From Chromatiaceae bacterium (GTDB taxonomy: Bacteria; Pseudomonadota; Gammaproteobacteria; Chromatiales; Chromatiaceae), in NCBI GenBank assembly GCA_037385305.1, contig JARRNE010000023.1, positions 1 to 39,229 of the forward strand: a stretch of 39,229 nt of DNA, given 5' to 3'. This document shows, piece by piece, positions 35,654 to 39,229 of this stretch (position 1 is its first letter; each line of letters begins with the position of its first letter). The position numbers and the translations under genes were made by a program. The notes under the pieces were generated by a model. That model was not told the origin of the DNA, ran no database searches, and was given only the letters and a program-made list of their open reading frames with translations.

Positions 35654-36784
35654 GTGACGGAGGACCAGAGACAACTCCTGCGACAGACGCGGCTCACCGC
35701 CCTCGCCCTGCTGGTTTGTGCTGCCTGGTGCCCCCCGGCCCTGCCGGACATCTACAGGTACCAGGACGCAAACGGCGACTGGCACTTTACCGATACCCCG
35801 CCCCCCGGCTACAGCTCCGACCGCGTGTTGGATATCGCGGAAGAGTCAAAGGGCCCCACGACGGACCTGGCAGCAAGACTCCAAGCCAAATTCAAGCCCG
35901 CCACACCGATCGAGCAGGCCACGCTCGCAGTCGTGACCGTGAAGAACAGCACCGGCGAAGGGTCCGGCTTCTTTTGCACCAGCGACGGCCACATCCTCAC
36001 GAACCGACACGTCGTCAGACCCTTGGAGTACGGACAGCTCGCGGAGATGCAAGCTGCCATTGCCAAGCAGGAGCAGGAGGTCAGCTCGCTCGAGGCCAGC
36101 TTGGCGCAAGGGCAGGCGAAGCTTCAGCAGATGGAGCATGAGCTCGCTAGCCTTTCCGCGATGATGAGCCAGTCCGGACACCGCTCGGCGCAGGACGGGA
36201 CCAGGGAGGCATACGAGCGCCTGTCCGAGAGCTACCAGGCGGGGAAAAACCGGGTCGCGGAGTTCGAGCGGAAGCTCAATTTCATGAAGCGCCATGTGCG
36301 GCAGGCGCGGGACGATCTGGATTGGAAGCAGACCGTCGAGGCCGTGCAAAAGGCCTTTGACGTTGTCCTCAAGGACGGCACGGAGATCTCTGCCTTTCTC
36401 CAAGAGACAGGCCCGGACCAGGATCTTGCCCTACTCGAGGTCGATGGTTACCGGACGCCCTTTCTGGCGACGAGTGCCGATGTCCCCTTACCCCAGGGGC
36501 TTCGGGTGTTCGTCATCGGCAGCCCCTTGGGCATGCAGGACTCGGTCACCTCCGGCGTGGTCACCCAGGTTACGCCGGAGAGTATCTTTACGGATGCCCA
36601 GATGTTGCCCGGAAACAGCGGCGGCCCGGTGATCACAGATAAGGGGGAGCTGGTGGGGATCAGTGTTGCCAAGAGTGTCGCGACAGGGGATGCCGTGTCT
36701 GCGGAAGGCTTCGGCAAGGCTATTCCGGTTGCAGCCGCGCGCCGCGCCTTCCCTGTGATTACCCGCAGGCCCAAAGCCAAATAA
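35654..36784 (+). CDS. DUF4124-like N-terminus fused to a trypsin-like (S1C-type) serine protease interrupted by a long coiled-coil insert
   Basis: GTG 35654. IYRYQDANGDWHFTDTPPPG is a DUF4124-type motif. Candidate triad: His GHILTNRHVV (H119), Asp DQDLALLEV (D257), Ser LPGNSGGPV (S322). Confidence 0.75.
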   Translation: MTEDQRQLLRQTRLTALALLVCAAWCPPALPDIYRYQDANGDWHFTDTPPPGYSSDRVLDIAEESKGPTTDLAARLQAKFKPATPIEQATLAVVTVKNSTGEGSGFFCTSDGHILTNRHVVRPLEYGQLAEMQAAIAKQEQEVSSLEASLAQGQAKLQQMEHELASLSAMMSQSGHRSAQDGTREAYERLSESYQAGKNRVAEFERKLNFMKRHVRQARDDLDWKQTVEAVQKAFDVVLKDGTEISAFLQETGPDQDLALLEVDGYRTPFLATSADVPLPQGLRVFVIGSPLGMQDSVTSGVVTQVTPESIFTDAQMLPGNSGGPVITDKGELVGISVAKSVATGDAVSAEGFGKAIPVAAARRAFPVITRRPKAK

Positions 36785-36988
36785 TCAGGCTTCCCTTGTT
36801 GTTTCCACCAGCATTTACGGATAGAAATCCAACCGCGGCGCGACGGGTGGATTGGGCGAGACGCTACCATCGCAGGAGCTGCAAGCAAGGGCGTTCTCTC
36901 AGGGGCTAGCCGGTGCGGCGGAGACTGCTCCCCCCTTGGATTGTCCCGTAAGCGCCCTATATCGCCTTGCTCAATGTCCAGCAAGGTT

Positions 36989-37018
36989 TTGACCCGGGTC
37001 TCGGAATGGCGCGATACT
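36989..37018 (+). promoter_or_regulatory. Candidate sigma70-type promoter for the small-ORF/TerD/DUF475 genes
   Basis: TTGACC (36989-36994), an 18-nt spacer, then GATACT (37013-37018). Sequence match only. Confidence 0.3.
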
Positions 37019-37058
37019 TACACGTAGGCGGTTGCATTTCCTATCCGTTAAATGGCAC

Positions 37059-37313
37059 ATGAGCCGCTTGCTGAAGCCGAACGAAAAATTGACGGCTGAA
37101 CAGCGCAGGCGGGTCGGCTATTTCCTACTGCACCGGGATCGTTGGTGGCTGGTCAATGAACGTATGGCACAAGTGACCGACTTCATCAACGGGTCCCGCG
37201 GCACACCGATCCCGATCGGCGGTAAGGTTGAACTGCTTGAAGACGCCAGGATCCTGCTTGCCAAGGAGCGCGGTGGGCGCCTCTGCCACGTGCAGATAGT
37301 CAGTAACCACTAA
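37059..37313 (+). CDS. Hypothetical small protein (84 aa from ATG 37059; 93 aa from TTG 37032)
   Basis: ORF 37032..37313, no clear SD. The beta-rich pattern ...[52 protein letters not shown] is only vaguely PilZ- or FHA-like. I cannot assign a family. Confidence 0.4.
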   Translation: MSRLLKPNEKLTAEQRRRVGYFLLHRDRWWLVNERMAQVTDFINGSRGTPIPIGGKVELLEDARILLAKERGGRLCHVQIVSNH

Positions 37314-37369
37314 CTTCGATCGCAGGCCGGCGCGGGGCCGACCCCTATCGACCACATAAGGAGATAGCC

Positions 37370-37948
37370 ATGACTGTCAGTCTGTCCAAAGGCGGTAACG
37401 TCAGCCTCAGCAAGGAGGCTCCTGGCCTGACCGAGGTGCGCATCGGCATGGGCTGGGACGTACGCGAGACCGACGGCGCCGATTACGATCTCGACGCCGC
37501 TGCGTTCATGTGTGGCGACAACGGGAAGGTGCCGAGCGATACGCACTTCATCTTCTATAACAAGCTCCAATCGGATTGCGGCTCCGTCAACCATACGGGC
37601 GACAACCGCACTGGCGTTGGCGAAGGCGATGATGAGGCAATCGACGTCACGCTGCCAAAGGTGCCGGCGAACATCTCCAAGATCGCCTTCACCGTGACCA
37701 TCCATGAGGCCGAGGCGAACCGCCAGAACTTCGGTCAGGTCTCCAATGCCTTCATACGCGTGGTCGACAAGTCGTCTGGACGCGAGGTTGCACGCTACGA
37801 CCTGACCGAGGACGCCAGCACCGAGACGGCCATGATCTTCGGCGAGCTTTACCGTCACAACGATGAGTGGAAGTTCCGCGCCGTTGGCCAGGGCTTCGCC
37901 GGCGGTCTGGCGCCCTTGGCGAGGCATTTCGGCGTCAACGTCGGCTGA
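37370..37948 (+). CDS. terD: TerD-family stress (tellurium-resistance-type) protein
   Basis: [40 protein letters not shown]...YDLDAAAF...[17 protein letters not shown] (Ca-binding GDN.TG.G.GDDE motif)...FRAVGQGF. Confidence 0.9.
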   Translation: MTVSLSKGGNVSLSKEAPGLTEVRIGMGWDVRETDGADYDLDAAAFMCGDNGKVPSDTHFIFYNKLQSDCGSVNHTGDNRTGVGEGDDEAIDVTLPKVPANISKIAFTVTIHEAEANRQNFGQVSNAFIRVVDKSSGREVARYDLTEDASTETAMIFGELYRHNDEWKFRAVGQGFAGGLAPLARHFGVNVG

Positions 37949-38048
37949 GCCTCCATGGGGCCTAGCCTGCATACCTCACCGGGTTTCATGGCACAGGCGA
38001 CCAGGGTGAATACGAGTTCACGCCAACTGGACAATCAAGGAAATCAAC

Positions 38049-39116
38049 ATGTTTCTCAAGAGCTACGGCCTGTCCATGGGCTTTACCCTCTTGTGCCTGG
38101 CGTTGGCGGCGTATTGGGGGCATCACACCGGTATGGGGATAGCTCCAGCACTGTGGTTAACGACGGTGCTTGGCGTACTGGAGGTGTCATTGAGCTTCGA
38201 CAACGCCGTGGTCAATGCCTCAGTGCTGAAGACGATGTCGCCGTTCTGGCAGAAGATGTTTATTACGCTGGGCATCCTGATCGCGGTCTTCGGCATGCGG
38301 CTGATATTCCCGATCCTCATCGTCTCGGTGATGACCGACATGGGGGCCGGTGAGGTCGTCGACCTGGCGCTGAATGACGCGGAACGGTACGGACAGGTGC
38401 TGACGGATGCCTATCCGATGATTGCGGCCTTCGGCGGCACCTTCCTGCTGATGGTGTTTCTCGGATTCGCGTTGGATGAAGACAGAGAAGTCCATTGGCT
38501 CGGCGTTTTCGAACAGAAGATGGGGGCCCTGGGAAAACTCGAGTCGATCGAGGTCGTGATCGCACTGTTTGCGGTGATCGCGACGGCGCTCAGTCTGCCC
38601 GAGACGCTGCGGTTCAAGGTGCTGTTGTCCGGTGTGAGCGGCATCATCCTCTTCGTGCTGATCAGCTCTCTCGACAGTCTGTTCGAACAGGGGGCCGAAG
38701 GCGGAGGGAGCGAAGCGGAGGCCGGAGCACGGGCCACGACCACGGTGGCCAGGAACGGCCTGATGGGGTTCCTGTATCTGGAGGTTTTGGATGCCAGCTT
38801 CTCGTTCGATGGCGTGATCGGCGCCTTCGCCATCACTCGCGACGTCGTCATCATCATGTTGGGTCTGGCGATAGGTGCGATGTTCGTCCGTTCACTGACC
38901 ATCGATTTGGTACGCCGCGGCGCACTGGATGAGTACGTCTATCTGGAGCATGGCGCCATGTACGCCATCGGTGTGCTGGCGGTGATCATGTTCGTGGGCA
39001 CCCAGATTCATGTGCCTGAGGTGGTCACCGGCCTCATCGGCGCCGGGTTCATCGGTCTGGCCGTGCTGTCCTCGATTCGCGCGAAACGCCGGGAAGAGGC
39101 CGGGGCGGGTGCCTGA
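38049..39116 (+). CDS. DUF475 / TerC-related integral membrane protein
   Basis: 355-aa polytopic ORF with two copies of the signature: LEVSLSFDNAVVNASVL and LEVLDASFSFDGVIGAFAI. A TerD-adjacent position is typical for DUF475 as I recall it. Confidence 0.75.
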   Translation: MFLKSYGLSMGFTLLCLALAAYWGHHTGMGIAPALWLTTVLGVLEVSLSFDNAVVNASVLKTMSPFWQKMFITLGILIAVFGMRLIFPILIVSVMTDMGAGEVVDLALNDAERYGQVLTDAYPMIAAFGGTFLLMVFLGFALDEDREVHWLGVFEQKMGALGKLESIEVVIALFAVIATALSLPETLRFKVLLSGVSGIILFVLISSLDSLFEQGAEGGGSEAEAGARATTTVARNGLMGFLYLEVLDASFSFDGVIGAFAITRDVVIIMLGLAIGAMFVRSLTIDLVRRGALDEYVYLEHGAMYAIGVLAVIMFVGTQIHVPEVVTGLIGAGFIGLAVLSSIRAKRREEAGAGA

Positions 39117-39135
39117 TCACCGGGCCGGGGTGATC
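39115..39135 (+). terminator. Hairpin overlapping the DUF475 stop codon (no U-tract)
   Basis: gatcacc (39115-39121) pairs with ggtgatc (39129-39135). Confidence 0.25.
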
Positions 39136-39229
39136 TGTCACTGGTGATGAACTGTCATCATAGGCAGCGATCGCTTCGGCATTCGTGCGGATCGTGGGCC
39201 GCGTCAAATCGCTCGGGGCAAGCTCGGCC

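Noticed and set aside
37053-37075. A sigma54-like TGGCAC ... TTGC upstream of or within the small ORF.
   Set aside because: The spacing between TGGCAC and TTGC is 9 nt instead of the required 5, so the -24/-12 geometry is wrong.
39040-39229. A possible minus-strand ORF entering from the right edge (…AELAPSDLTRPTIRTNAEAIAAYDDSS…) and overlapping the DUF475 3' end.
   Set aside because: There is no start in the window and no recognisable motif. It would overlap a well-supported gene by about 70 nt, so it cannot be judged from 190 nt.

Overview
This is a high-GC chromosomal window (about 65-68% GC by eye). No tRNA, rRNA, CRISPR array, transposase or integrase was recognised. Gene order looks gammaproteobacterial: tesA divergent from ybbA-ybbP, and rpsT divergent from ribF-ileS-lspA.

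Layout:
- 1-9.5 kb: stress and housekeeping genes. These are a bacterioferritin-like gene, two Hsp20 genes, the YbbA/YbbP ABC transporter plus TesA, an SQR-like flavoprotein, TatD, a transglutaminase-like protein and a CPBP protease.
- 9.5-23 kb: an LPS core / surface-glycan cluster. It holds six GT4 genes (four of them tandem paralogs), one GT9 heptosyltransferase-family gene, an O-antigen-ligase-family gene, a GNAT-like gene, a beta-propeller-like gene, a deacetylase remnant and waaA.
- 23-31.7 kb: one long minus-strand gene string. It runs ribF, ileS, lspA, a short SBP-like protein, rimK, a COG3608-type deacylase, a PIMT-like methyltransferase, a rhodanese and an isochorismatase-family hydrolase.
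- 31.9-36.8 kb: rpsT, a GT1/GT28-like gene, hemF, an MlaC-like remnant, a thioredoxin and a DUF4124-trypsin-like protease.
- From about 36.8 kb: GC drops visibly (about 50-58%) into a small ORF, a TerD gene and a DUF475/TerC-like gene that run to the window edge.

I do not see an unmistakable new multi-gene system. The observations most worth following up are:
1. Several genes have broken or internally shortened reading frames. This includes the essential ileS, which lacks about 100 nt.
2. A 118-nt REP-like element is present twice, with a compensatory base-pair change. A related inverted core copy helps bracket a two-gene cassette inside the tandem GT4 array.
3. A serine protease carries a roughly 110-aa coiled-coil insert between its catalytic His and Asp.
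4. The low-GC TerD/DUF475 module lies behind an intergenic region framed by an imperfect inverted repeat.
5. rimK is translationally coupled to a zinc-deacylase-family gene.

All homology calls come from reading motifs by eye. No searches were run.
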